From assembly GCA_040005235.1 (NCBI GenBank), contig JBDTZG010000005.1, forward strand, positions 117,185 to 181,184: DNA of 64,000 nucleotides. Reading direction: 5' to 3'. The position numbers and the translations under genes are program-made. Positions 49,439 to 58,261 of the stretch are shown here, in pieces; within the stretch, counting starts at the first letter, position 1, and each line of letters starts with the position of its first letter. The stretch comes from Acidobacteriota bacterium (GTDB lineage Bacteria; Acidobacteriota; Thermoanaerobaculia; Multivoradales; UBA5704). The notes below the pieces were generated by a model that searched no databases, was not told where the DNA came from, and saw nothing but the letters and a program-made list of their open reading frames with translations.

Positions 49439-51152
49439 TCTTTTCGTCCTGCTTGCGTTCATCCGCCGCCTGTCGCGCGGCGTGCCTTTCGCGGGTTTCT
49501 TGATCGTCGGGGTCGTCCTCGCGGGGGTCGCGGGCGGCCTCGCCAACACGGCGCTCGTGGTGTCGATCAATACCGCGATCGCCCACGGCGGGCCGGCCTC
49601 CGGCCTGGGCTGGCGGTTCATCGGCCTGTGCGCGCTGTTGCCGGTCTTCCGCATCTCGTCGCAGATTCTTCTGCTCCATCTATCGCAGAAGAGCATGCTC
49701 CAGGCGCGGCTGCAGCTGGCGCGCCGAATTCTGGCCGCGCCCTTGCGCCAGCTGGAAAACGTCGGCCCGCACCGGCTGATGACCATTCTTACGAGCGACA
49801 TCGGGCAGATCGTCGACGCGTTGTCGCAGCTGCCCATGATGTTCATGCATCTGGCGATCGTCCTCGGCTGCCTGGGGTACCTCGGCTACCTTTCGCCGAC
49901 GGCGCTCTCTTACGTCGTCCTGTTCATGATCATCGGTGTCGCGACCTACCGCTTTCCGATCGGCAGGGGATTGGTCTTTTTCGAGCGCGTCCGCAAGGAG
50001 ATGGACGGACTACTCAAGAACCTCCGCGCGCTCACCGAAGGGACCAAAGAGCTGAAGATGCACACCCTCCGGCGCGAGACCTACATGGTGGACGTCGAGT
50101 CCAACGCCCGGAAGCTCCAGCGCGATGCGCGCAGCGGCGGCATCCTGTTCGCCTTGGCCGCGAGCTGGGGGCAGGTGCTCTTTTTCATCATCCTCGGCCT
50201 GATGGTGTTCGTCGTGCCGAAGGGCCAGGAAATGCCCTCGTCGACGCAGGTCGGCATCGCGCTCGTCCTGTTTCAGCTGATGACCCCGCTCGAAGTCCTG
50301 CTCAACATGCTGCCGGTCCTCGGCCGTTCGGTCATCTCGGCGCGGGCGGTCGAACGATTGGGCCTGTCGCTCGCCCAGGAGGCGGGCGAGGCGCAAGGGG
50401 CGGGGCGCGGAACGAAGGATCTCAATCGCGATTGGGGCTCGATCGAGTTGGCCGGCCTCCGCCACACCTACCGCGCGGAAGGCTCGGGGGGCGAGAGCGA
50501 AAGCTTCACACTCGGTCCGATCGAACTGTCGTTTACCCCCGGCGAAATCATCTTCCTGGTCGGCGGCAACGGCAGCGGGAAAACCACGTTGGCGAAGATC
50601 CTGCTCGGGCTCTACCCGCCCGAGGTGGGGGAGATCCGCTTCGCCGGCCGGCCGGTGACCGACGCCAACCGCGCCGAATACCGCGACCATTTCGCGGTGG
50701 TCTTCTCCGATTTCTTCCTGTTCGATCGGCTGGTCGGCGGCGGCGAGATCGACCAGTTGGACGCCGACGCCCTGCGCTATCTGGAACGCCTGCGGCTCGC
50801 TTCGAAGGTGAAGGTCGAAGGGGGCCGGTTGTCGACGATCGAGCTGTCGCAGGGCCAGAAGAAGCGCCTGGCGCTGCTCGCGGCCTACCTCGAAGACCGG
50901 CCGATCTACCTTTTCGACGAATGGGCCGCCGACCAAGATCCGTTCTTCAAACAGATCTTCTACCGCGAGCTGCTGCCGGAGCTCAAAAAGCGCGGCAAGA
51001 CGGTGTTCGTGATCAGCCACGACGACCACTATTACGACGTGGCCGATCGCCTGATCAAGCTCGACGCCGGCAAGGTCGAATTCGACGTGCCGAAGATCGA
51101 CCCCGCCGCGATGACCGCCTCGTTCGCCCGGAGCGAGAGCACGCGGGTGTAG
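49431..51152 (+). CDS. Cyclic peptide export ABC transporter (SyrD/PvdE/YojI family)
   Basis: GTKELK, GGNGSGKTT, VFSDFFLFD, LSQGQKKRLAL, FDEWAADQDP, ISHDD. Confidence 0.92.
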   Translation: MADLFVLLAFIRRLSRGVPFAGFLIVGVVLAGVAGGLANTALVVSINTAIAHGGPASGLGWRFIGLCALLPVFRISSQILLLHLSQKSMLQARLQLARRILAAPLRQLENVGPHRLMTILTSDIGQIVDALSQLPMMFMHLAIVLGCLGYLGYLSPTALSYVVLFMIIGVATYRFPIGRGLVFFERVRKEMDGLLKNLRALTEGTKELKMHTLRRETYMVDVESNARKLQRDARSGGILFALAASWGQVLFFIILGLMVFVVPKGQEMPSSTQVGIALVLFQLMTPLEVLLNMLPVLGRSVISARAVERLGLSLAQEAGEAQGAGRGTKDLNRDWGSIELAGLRHTYRAEGSGGESESFTLGPIELSFTPGEIIFLVGGNGSGKTTLAKILLGLYPPEVGEIRFAGRPVTDANRAEYRDHFAVVFSDFFLFDRLVGGGEIDQLDADALRYLERLRLASKVKVEGGRLSTIELSQGQKKRLALLAAYLEDRPIYLFDEWAADQDPFFKQIFYRELLPELKKRGKTVFVISHDDHYYDVADRLIKLDAGKVEFDVPKIDPAAMTASFARSESTRV

Positions 51153-51285
51153 GGCGGGCGCGATTCAGCCGAGGACGTCGGTCGGCGGGTTCTCCCTGGC
51201 GAATTATAAGCGACAGGTGCCCCGGTACATCCCTCCGTCGCGCCCGAAACTCCTTGCCGTGGTCGTCCGTAGTCGAGACCGATGA

Positions 51286-51516
51286 CGCGTCCGAATTTCC
51301 ATTTTTCGGTCCGATAATTCGACGGGCGGTCCGATTTCTGCGCTTTCGGTCCGAGGTGGCGCCTATCGCGCGTCGAAATTCCACTGTGCGTCCGATCTCA
51401 GTGGAGTGCGTCCGGTAACTGTGAGATGGGTCCGAGAACTGTCAGTACGCGTCCGATGGCTGCCGTATCGGTCCGAGAACTGCGCCACGCGGCCGATGCT
51501 GGGGATTCAAGTCCGA
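51286..51516. repeat. Phased non-coding array: GTCCGA core every 20-21 bp with variable spacers (~12 units)
   Basis: Core starts at 51289, 51309, 51329, 51349, (51371 degenerate), 51390, 51410 (GTCCGG), 51430, 51451, 51471, 51491 (GGCCGA) and 51511. Confidence 0.9.
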
Positions 51517-51730
51517 GAGCTTGGTTAGCTTTGTGCTGCTACGCCAACGGTCTGGTGACCGCCCGGCTCGCGGTGCCGATCCAGCCAGTATCCCCAGAGC
51601 ACGAGCAGCCAGATGGATTGCCCGCCCCAAGCCAGGGCTTTGACGTCGGCTGGCGCCGGGCTCAAGATCGCAGCAGCGTCTCTAAACGGAAAGTCTCATC
51701 GTGCATCCTATTGGGTGAGGAGCCCCTACT

Positions 51731-52996
51731 ATGGTCCGGAAATTACGATCCGCACTCTGCGCCTTGAGCGCGTCTGCCTTTTTGCTTCATGCCGTTGCAT
51801 TCGCGGCGACGACAGAGCAGGCCTCACTGTCACCCGCCGCCGCGAAAGTCTTCGACGAAGCCTATGGAGCCATGGCATCCGGGCGGTTGCCGGAAGCCTT
51901 GGATGCTTACGAGAAGGCCGTGGAGTTGGCGCCCGATTCTTGGGACATCTGGCTGGAGTACACCTCCGCCCTGCGGCAAGCAGGGTTTCTTCAAAAGGCC
52001 GCCCGCGCGGGGTGGCGCACGGTGGAGCTTGGCCCCGATCGAGTGGATTCTTGGAACAACCTCTCGAACGTCTTGATCGCCGCCAATGCATTGACTGAAG
52101 CTTTGGAAGTTGCCGAGCAGATGGCCCAACGCTTCCCCAAGGCTCCACAAACCCTGGAGACCTTTACGAATCTGGGGTACGGAGCCTGGACTCTCAAGGA
52201 CTATGCGCTGGCGGAGCGCAGCTTGATGCGCGCCCTCCAGTTGGAGCCTGGCCACATCTTGGCCAAGGTGGATCTGGCGGCGGTCCACCTGAGCGCTGGT
52301 CAACCTGGCGGGAAGGCCGAATTGGAAAAGGCACTCGCCGCAGCTAAGAAAGCTTCGGACGCAAACGGCGTGAAGTGGGCGGAGATCCTTCTTGCCACGG
52401 CGAAGGAACACAAGGGCGTCCTCGGGGCGCCCTATCCTCCTACCTGGGCCGCCGAGGAACTTACGTCGATCTTACGAACCCGTCCAAAGGATGGAACCGC
52501 GGCAGCGCTTCCGATCGAAAATCCGATCCCCAGTACCTTTCTCCTGAAGCGCCTGGGTACTTTGCAGCTTGCGGTACCGGACGGCTGGTGGGAGAGCCGG
52601 GAGGGAAGCAAGCAGGAAATCGGCTTTCTCAATCTTGAATACAGATCTCCGAAGGCAGATACCTTCTTGATCAAAATCTCGGGCCTGATCCCCCCGGACG
52701 GCCCCAAGTCTCTCAAGCCCGAACTCGCCCGAGAAATGCTTGAATCCCAATTCGGCAAGAGCGGGGCTCGATTGAACTGGATTCCCCTCGCCCATGGAGC
52801 GATGGTCTGGTCCAAAGACCCATCCTGGAAGCCCGGTAAACCGGGAGACTATCCTCACCTACTTTCTGCCCAGGTCGAAGTCGGTCCGGTCTGGGTCATT
52901 GTCAGCGCCTTTTGGGGGGAGTCTCCGGCTGCCCCCCCTAAGGAATTTCTAGATCTGGTCTCGTCCCTCGCTTGGACGGCTTTGCCGAATCCCTGA
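51731..52996 (+). CDS. Secreted TPR-repeat protein
   Basis: Signal peptide (...LLHAVAFA), TPR motifs (AYEKAVELAPD, WNNLSNVL, TNLGY) and an unknown C-terminal domain. Confidence 0.8.
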   Translation: MVRKLRSALCALSASAFLLHAVAFAATTEQASLSPAAAKVFDEAYGAMASGRLPEALDAYEKAVELAPDSWDIWLEYTSALRQAGFLQKAARAGWRTVELGPDRVDSWNNLSNVLIAANALTEALEVAEQMAQRFPKAPQTLETFTNLGYGAWTLKDYALAERSLMRALQLEPGHILAKVDLAAVHLSAGQPGGKAELEKALAAAKKASDANGVKWAEILLATAKEHKGVLGAPYPPTWAAEELTSILRTRPKDGTAAALPIENPIPSTFLLKRLGTLQLAVPDGWWESREGSKQEIGFLNLEYRSPKADTFLIKISGLIPPDGPKSLKPELAREMLESQFGKSGARLNWIPLAHGAMVWSKDPSWKPGKPGDYPHLLSAQVEVGPVWVIVSAFWGESPAAPPKEFLDLVSSLAWTALPNP

Positions 52997-53028
52997 CGCC
53001 GCCAGCGAGCTTTGTCGCCGCCGGCTGT

Positions 53029-53421
53029 TCAGAACATCGTGTTGCCGTTCGCCGACTCGGCGGGCACCCGTTGGAGAACGTCCCAATGCTCGACGACCTT
53101 GCCGGCCTCGTCGCAGCGGAAGATGTCGATGCCCGCCCAGTGGTCGTCAATCGGCCATTCCTGATGGCAGTGGAGCACGACGAAATCGCCCTCGGCGAGC
53201 GAGCGCTTGAAATGAACCCGCTTGCCCGGATACTCGCGCGCCATCCGCTCAAAGTAGGCGACGAAAGCCTCTTCGCCGTCGGCGACTTCCGGGTTGTGCT
53301 GGATGTAGGTGGCGCCAACGTAGCGGGCCACGGCCTCGGCCGGCTGGCATTGGTTGAACATCAGGTCGTAAAACGCCATCACGTTCTTCTTGTTGCGTTC
53401 GAGTCGGTCAGTCTCGCTCAT
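53029..53421 (-). CDS. SnoaL-like / NTF2-family protein
   Basis: [33 protein letters not shown]...VEHWDVLQ. Confidence 0.9.
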   Translation of the reverse strand: MSETDRLERNKKNVMAFYDLMFNQCQPAEAVARYVGATYIQHNPEVADGEEAFVAYFERMAREYPGKRVHFKRSLAEGDFVVLHCHQEWPIDDHWAGIDIFRCDEAGKVVEHWDVLQRVPAESANGNTMF

Positions 53422-53527
53422 GGGCGAATTGTACGACGGCACTCTGCCTGAACCGCAGACCCTTGCACCGCGACGAAATCCCCGGATAGGCTGCTCCTAA
53501 ACCTACCGCTCATCGGAGGAGGGACTC

Positions 53528-53640
53528 ATGGCCACCCGGAACTATCTCCGCATCTCCGGCCTCATCTTCGTCCTCGTCGCTATCGCGCATGCCTACCGAG
53601 CGATCCTTGGCCTGCAGCTGGTCGTGGGCACGACCCAGGT
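53528..53640 (+). pseudogene. 3'-truncated duplicate of the small membrane protein gene at 54336
   Basis: MATRNYLRISGLIFVLVAIAHAYRAILGLQLVVGTTQ matches the 54336 copy; homology stops at the antitoxin stop codon (53641). Confidence 0.8.
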
Positions 53641-53835
53641 CTACCGGTGTTTCGCGATGAGCTCTCGCACGGCAGGGACGAGCCCGGTGGGGATCTCCAT
53701 CACCGTTTGAGTCTGATCCTCGAAAGAAGCCTGATCTTCCGCCGCAGCCTCGTCCTCAGGCTGTTGCTCATAATGAGCCAGAACCCGGCCGATTCGGTCC
53801 TGGTCCCATCCTTCCGGGAATCTACTCTGCTTCAT
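53641..53835 (-). CDS. Small acidic protein, putative antitoxin
   Basis: MKQSRFPEGWDQDRIGRVLAHYEQQPEDEAAAED...MEIPTGLVPAVRELIAKH; ATGA-coupled to the upstream toxin-like gene. Confidence 0.75.
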   Translation of the reverse strand: MKQSRFPEGWDQDRIGRVLAHYEQQPEDEAAAEDQASFEDQTQTVMEIPTGLVPAVRELIAKHR

Positions 53836-54119
53836 CTCATGCTCCTCGCCTTTTTTCGACGCCGGTAGGCCATCAGCGGTTTGCCTCGAAGCTCATAGGC
53901 CGTGATGACAAACACGCTGTTGGGTTCCTTATCCGGCACATAGACAACGCGAAGGTGGCGTCCGTTCCTGGTTTGGCCGATGGCGATTCGGGATCCTTCA
54001 CTCCCAGGTCGATCTTCCCCGGGCCTATGCAGTATGTCCTCGACCTCGGATTCGTCGACTTCATGGTCATAGATGTGCGGCTCACCGCTCTCCGGGTCAA
54101 TGAAGAAGCGAAGCTCCAC
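53832..54119 (-). CDS. BrnT/DUF4258-like toxin
   Basis: HIYDHEVDESEVEDIL, AIGQTRNGRHLRVVY, FVITAY. Confidence 0.75.
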   Translation of the reverse strand: MELRFFIDPESGEPHIYDHEVDESEVEDILHRPGEDRPGSEGSRIAIGQTRNGRHLRVVYVPDKEPNSVFVITAYELRGKPLMAYRRRKKARSMR

Positions 54120-54335
54120 GGGCTCATTGTAGAGCCGAAAGGGGCCTGGCAAGGAGACGGCCATACGATTGGCTACGCGAACCTAATCGATCGACCGCTA
54201 CTTCCGCCGGCCCCATCTCTCGCCGCCGGAGCTGCCCGAAGTCGCCAGCGGGAGCCGGAATGCGGCCCCCTGCGACCCCGACGAAATCCCCGGTATAGGC
54301 TGCTCCCGAATCTAAACCCATCGGAGGAAGCGCTC

Positions 54336-54524
54336 ATGACCACCCAGAACTATCTCCGCATCTCCGGTCTCGTCTTCGTCCTCGTCGCCTTCGCGCATGC
54401 CTACCGAGCGATCCTTGCGCTCCCGCTGGTCGTGGGCACGGCCCAGCTCCCCGTCTGGTTTTCCTGGCTCGGAGCGCTGGGCGCCGGATTCCTGGCCGTC
54501 TGGGCTTTCCGCAGCAAGGCGTGA
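54336..54524 (+). CDS. Small two-TM membrane protein
   Basis: RBS GGAGG; MTTQNYLRISGLVFVLVAFAHAYRA...WFSWLGALGAGFLAVWAFRSKA. Confidence 0.8.
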   Translation: MTTQNYLRISGLVFVLVAFAHAYRAILALPLVVGTAQLPVWFSWLGALGAGFLAVWAFRSKA

Positions 54525-54567
54525 GGCGAGCGGTGCTGCCTCGCCACTAAGTAGACTCTTTCTTTGA

Positions 54568-54648
54568 GGCCCGAAGGGCCGCCCTATTTCAGCCCAGGCC
54601 AACGGCCTGGGTATGTGGACTCGATTTCCGGTCAAGGCCTGAAGGGCC
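54568..54648. repeat. Triple-hairpin REP-like element
   Basis: ggccc-gaa-gggcc, cccaggcc-aac-ggcctggg and ggcct-gaa-gggcc, between convergent genes. Confidence 0.6.
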
Positions 54649-54707
54649 GTTCGATCGCCTTGGGTGGCAGGCGCCCGTCAAGCGGACAAACCCGGCGAGG
54701 AGAATCC

Positions 54708-55010
54708 TCAAGCGGCTTCGGCGTGGAGACGTACCCCAAGCGCGCGGGCTACCTTGAGCACGGTTGCGAAGCTCGGGTTGCCGTTCTCGCTGAGCGCTTT
54801 GTAGAGGCTCTCCCTGCTGAGTCCCGCATCCCGGGCGACCTGCGACCTCCCGCGAGCGCGCGCAATGTCGCCCAAGGCGCGAGCGATCCCGGTGGCATCG
54901 TCCGGAGTTTCGGACAGCCAAGCGTCAAGATAGGCCGCCATCTCCTCGGGAGTCTGTAGCTGCTCGGCGACATCGTAGGGTACGGTCTTGGGTCTAGCGG
55001 TCTTTGGCAT
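54708..55010 (-). CDS. Addiction-module antidote protein (HTH antitoxin)
   Basis: PYDVAEQLQTPEEMAAYL...ARALGDIARARG.SQVARDAGLSRESLYKALS..GNPSFATVLKV. Confidence 0.9.
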   Translation of the reverse strand: MPKTARPKTVPYDVAEQLQTPEEMAAYLDAWLSETPDDATGIARALGDIARARGRSQVARDAGLSRESLYKALSENGNPSFATVLKVARALGVRLHAEAA

Positions 55011-55022
55011 TTCGAACGGCTC

Positions 55023-55127
55023 CTACAGGTTCTTGGCCAGCCGGATAGCCAGCTGGATATCTTGCGACTGCGAGGATTTGTCGCCACCGGCCAGGAGGAC
55101 GATTAGCTCACCGCTGCGCTCGGTGTA
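55023..55127 (-). pseudogene. C-terminal remnant of an addiction-module killer (RelE/HigB-like) toxin
   Basis: YTERSGELIVLLAGGDKSSQSQDIQLAIRLAKNL*. The 5' part is missing and the remnant abuts the stop of the 910-aa gene. Confidence 0.85.
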
Positions 55128-55134
55128 GCCGAAG

Positions 55135-57867
55135 CTATCCCCTCTTCGGTGATCGTTGGCTGGAAGCTCTAGGTTTAGATTTTTGAAATACAAGACGCTG
55201 CATGGAAAGTAATCCTAGGTTGCGTCCCCAATTGGCAAGCTTCTTTCCCAAATGGAGGCGGGTACTGGGTGCCAGTGACCCCAGCTCAAAGGCTCCATTC
55301 GCAGCATCCCCCCATTCGGTACCTTCGCTGAGAGATTTCCAGAAACATGTATATGGTGTGGCGGAAAGCAGGCGGCGAGATTCCTCGCTGAACCTATCGA
55401 CGGTCCAACGAGCTTCCCAAAGTCCATTCTTGGCCTCTCTCAATGCCCCAAGCCGCAAAAGATCAATCCGAGCCACCTCTTCGCTCCTAGTCAACTTACG
55501 CAAGGAAAGAGTTCGAGTCAAGGCACTCTGAAGAACTCTTATCGCGGTAGAATATGGAATGTTGGGAAGAAAAGGCAGGTCCGCTCGCCTATGGCCACGC
55601 CCTGACAAGTCGAGATTTCCCAGATCTCTCAGTACCGAGTCCCGATCCTGTTTTTCGATAGTGAGCACATCGTCGCTAGAAACGCGGCAAAATTTAAGAC
55701 GCCTTAGCCAGTCAACCAATAGGTTCCCGTAGTTGCTCCAGACGGCGCTTTTGGCCTCGACGAATGGGAAGTACTCTCTTAGCCAGAGGGGCACAATCTC
55801 CCGTGCTACGGGGCCTTCTTTTTCCAGCTTTACGAGAAATTCCGAGACCACCCTATTCTTGAGAATAGACTGCCTCACGTACTCGCCAAGTCGACCCTGA
55901 TGCTCATACTGCCGCGCGACCTCCGGAACTTTCCACATGCCACCTTCTCGGGCGACCAGTCCTACGAGCCTCAATTCGCGAAGTAGGTTGTACGTGCTAC
56001 CCATGGGTTTCCCTAGCCTCTTCGATAAATCCTCAGCCTCAAATTCAGTTGTGCCACCCAATTCCCTGAAGCACCGCATTGTGGCAACTAGACCTAATCT
56101 GATCACTTGAGCTTGCGCTCTCTCGGGAAGACGTTCGTAGAGGAGGTAGTCTTTGAAGACATCGTTGTAGGTGTCGTATGTTCCAGCGGAAAACCGCAAG
56201 AGCCGCCTATGAGTCAGCTTTTCTAGCATGTCAGGGAGAAAAGGATCATCCTCAAACCTCCGAACTATGCTGTGGTATGTTGCAGGTAAAATAGCAGCTA
56301 GCCTCGTCAAATACCCGCGTTCATGCTCATCAAGCTCGCCGATTTCTTCCTCAAACAAATCTTCGAGATGGAGGCCTCCTGAAAGTAACTCAGCCTGACT
56401 TAGCCCTGCGCTGAGTTTGGTTGCCACATGCGCCATGGTTCTCTTAATCAACCACGGGAAACCGTGAGCAAATTCTAACACCTGGCCAAGGATTGTAGTG
56501 GTTAAATGGCGTGATTGGCTTGACGCGATTGCGCGCAGCAGTGCCAATGCTTCTTCGCGCGAAAAATCTTGCAGATTCACTGAGTTGGCCAGGCTTCTGA
56601 GCCGTTCGAGGTTGACAACGATTTCATCATGAGTCGTTAATAGGTCGTCTTTCCTAGCAAACACAAATGCCGCATGTGGATTGCCAGCGGCAACGCACAG
56701 CGCAATGTGTTCGTAGGCATGAAAAACATCTGGTGCCTGAAAAGTTGCCTCGAATTGGTCGACCATGAAGATATTCAGAGATGGTAGGCCCTCCTCTCCT
56801 AGGCTCGCTAATGCTGGCGCAACGTCTTCGAGGTTCTGGATTTGGCGACCTGACTTTGTAAGGCGACGAACGAGGGCAAGTACATCTGTCACGGACTTTA
56901 CGTCCCGTGCATCGTGAAGCTCGACTCTCGCGCCTTGGTCGCGCCAGTTTTCGGCAACTACTGCTAGCAGGGAACTCTTGCCAACACCAGATCGGGATTT
57001 CACTTCGATGACCGCGCCATGAGTCTTCACTGAAGGATCAAGTAAGGCCTGTAGGCGTAACTGCTCTACCTGTCTACCAACGAAGTATCCCTTGCCTGCG
57101 GGTCTGCGAAAATCCAGCCAATCAGTCGCCGTGATTAGGCCATAGGGAATTTCCCTTTGGTTACCGATATCAGTGGGCGCTCGATCTGCATTAATGCTAT
57201 TCGGAAGCACGGACTCAAGCCCTTGAAGAGTGGGTAAATTGATAGCTAGGGCATCGAGAAACTTTATGTCGGAAACGGGAATTCCGTCCCGGGAGATTAC
57301 TAAAAAGCGGTCATCAAACACAGCTTCTTTTTGAGACCCTAACGCCAAGATGTAGGTGCCTCGATTGGTATGGAGCAGGTGCTGTGCAGTGGCCCGAGGC
57401 ATTAGCGGCTTTGTAATTCGTAGAACATCGGGCTCAGTCGGCAAGTCAAGGACTTTCCTAATCTGAAGCTCCAATTCGAGTCCGCACATTGAGACTACCT
57501 GATACTGTGTTGTCTGCCTAAGGTTTCGGAGGTAGTCCTCGGCTTCAGGTGAAATTGGGCTGGTTGCAAGAAATAGCGCTGCGTAGGGCTTCTCCCCGTG
57601 CAGGAAGGGCAGCGATTTCCCGACGAAGGAAGTGAGCAATGGGGCCGCGATAGTGTCACTGTGCGCCTTCGCCTCTCCAATTACCCGGCGACCATCAACT
57701 GTGTGCTCTCCATGTAGGTCATATTCCAGGGAGTTCTCTTTCCTGCGAGTTACGTCAATCGTGTATCCGCCCTTTTCGAGATAAGTACGAAGGAGCTGCT
57801 CAAACAGGACACCTTTGTGGAAGCGCTCATTATCCTCACTTTGTTCGGTTGAATAGAAGATGAACAT
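55135..57867 (-). CDS. Restriction-endonuclease-like (Mrr/PD-(D/E)xK) plus STAND NTPase, putative antiphage protein
   Basis: KGVLFEQLL...EYDL...GEAKA; FVGR..E; SRSGVGKSS; MVDQFE; HGFPW. Visibly lower GC than the flanks. Confidence 0.8.
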   Translation of the reverse strand: MFIFYSTEQSEDNERFHKGVLFEQLLRTYLEKGGYTIDVTRRKENSLEYDLHGEHTVDGRRVIGEAKAHSDTIAAPLLTSFVGKSLPFLHGEKPYAALFLATSPISPEAEDYLRNLRQTTQYQVVSMCGLELELQIRKVLDLPTEPDVLRITKPLMPRATAQHLLHTNRGTYILALGSQKEAVFDDRFLVISRDGIPVSDIKFLDALAINLPTLQGLESVLPNSINADRAPTDIGNQREIPYGLITATDWLDFRRPAGKGYFVGRQVEQLRLQALLDPSVKTHGAVIEVKSRSGVGKSSLLAVVAENWRDQGARVELHDARDVKSVTDVLALVRRLTKSGRQIQNLEDVAPALASLGEEGLPSLNIFMVDQFEATFQAPDVFHAYEHIALCVAAGNPHAAFVFARKDDLLTTHDEIVVNLERLRSLANSVNLQDFSREEALALLRAIASSQSRHLTTTILGQVLEFAHGFPWLIKRTMAHVATKLSAGLSQAELLSGGLHLEDLFEEEIGELDEHERGYLTRLAAILPATYHSIVRRFEDDPFLPDMLEKLTHRRLLRFSAGTYDTYNDVFKDYLLYERLPERAQAQVIRLGLVATMRCFRELGGTTEFEAEDLSKRLGKPMGSTYNLLRELRLVGLVAREGGMWKVPEVARQYEHQGRLGEYVRQSILKNRVVSEFLVKLEKEGPVAREIVPLWLREYFPFVEAKSAVWSNYGNLLVDWLRRLKFCRVSSDDVLTIEKQDRDSVLRDLGNLDLSGRGHRRADLPFLPNIPYSTAIRVLQSALTRTLSLRKLTRSEEVARIDLLRLGALREAKNGLWEARWTVDRFSEESRRLLSATPYTCFWKSLSEGTEWGDAANGAFELGSLAPSTRLHLGKKLANWGRNLGLLSMQRLVFQKSKPRASSQRSPKRG

Positions 57868-58074
57868 ATTTACCTTTCTTCGCTGGCTATGTAAGGACCT
57901 ATAGTTTCGAGCGAAAATAAATGACGCAAGTAGCTAGGCCCGCAGTGTGAATCACTCAGGGATGCGGGAGGCTCCTGTTTCTAGTCGATCGACCCTGGCT
58001 AACGTTCCTGTAGGGCTTAACCCGTTGATAGGCTACGATACTGTTGATGGCGTGAACCCGAGGAGACTCAAACG

Positions 58075-58261
58075 TCAACAGGCCGTGCTTGTGACTTTCT
58101 TAGGAGACTGCTTTTCCCAGGTGAGTTCTCCATTACGCATTACCACGATAGCGGTGTCCGTTTGGCGCAATCTCACTAGAGCGCTTTCCAGCTCGGACCA
58201 GCGCCGCCATCGCGCCTTCCGTATCGGGGTCGGGGCGACTCCGCCACTGTAGGTTACTCAT
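58075..58261 (-). pseudogene. Small partner gene of the ATPase, frameshifted and fused to it
   Basis: MSNLQWRSRPDPDTEGAMAALVRAGKRSSEIA continues in a shifted frame as QTDTAIVVMRNGELTWEK...*. Confidence 0.6.

Noticed and set aside
51286-51516. CRISPR array interpretation of the GTCCGA array
   Set aside because: The constant part is only 6-8 nt and the spacers ~12 nt, far below CRISPR dimensions; no cas genes. Kept as an unexplained array.
51521-51660. Possible integron attC site (GTTAGCT, GCCAAC...ggctggcg)
   Set aside because: Complementarity is limited to ~5 bp, no L boxes are recognisable and no integrase is present.
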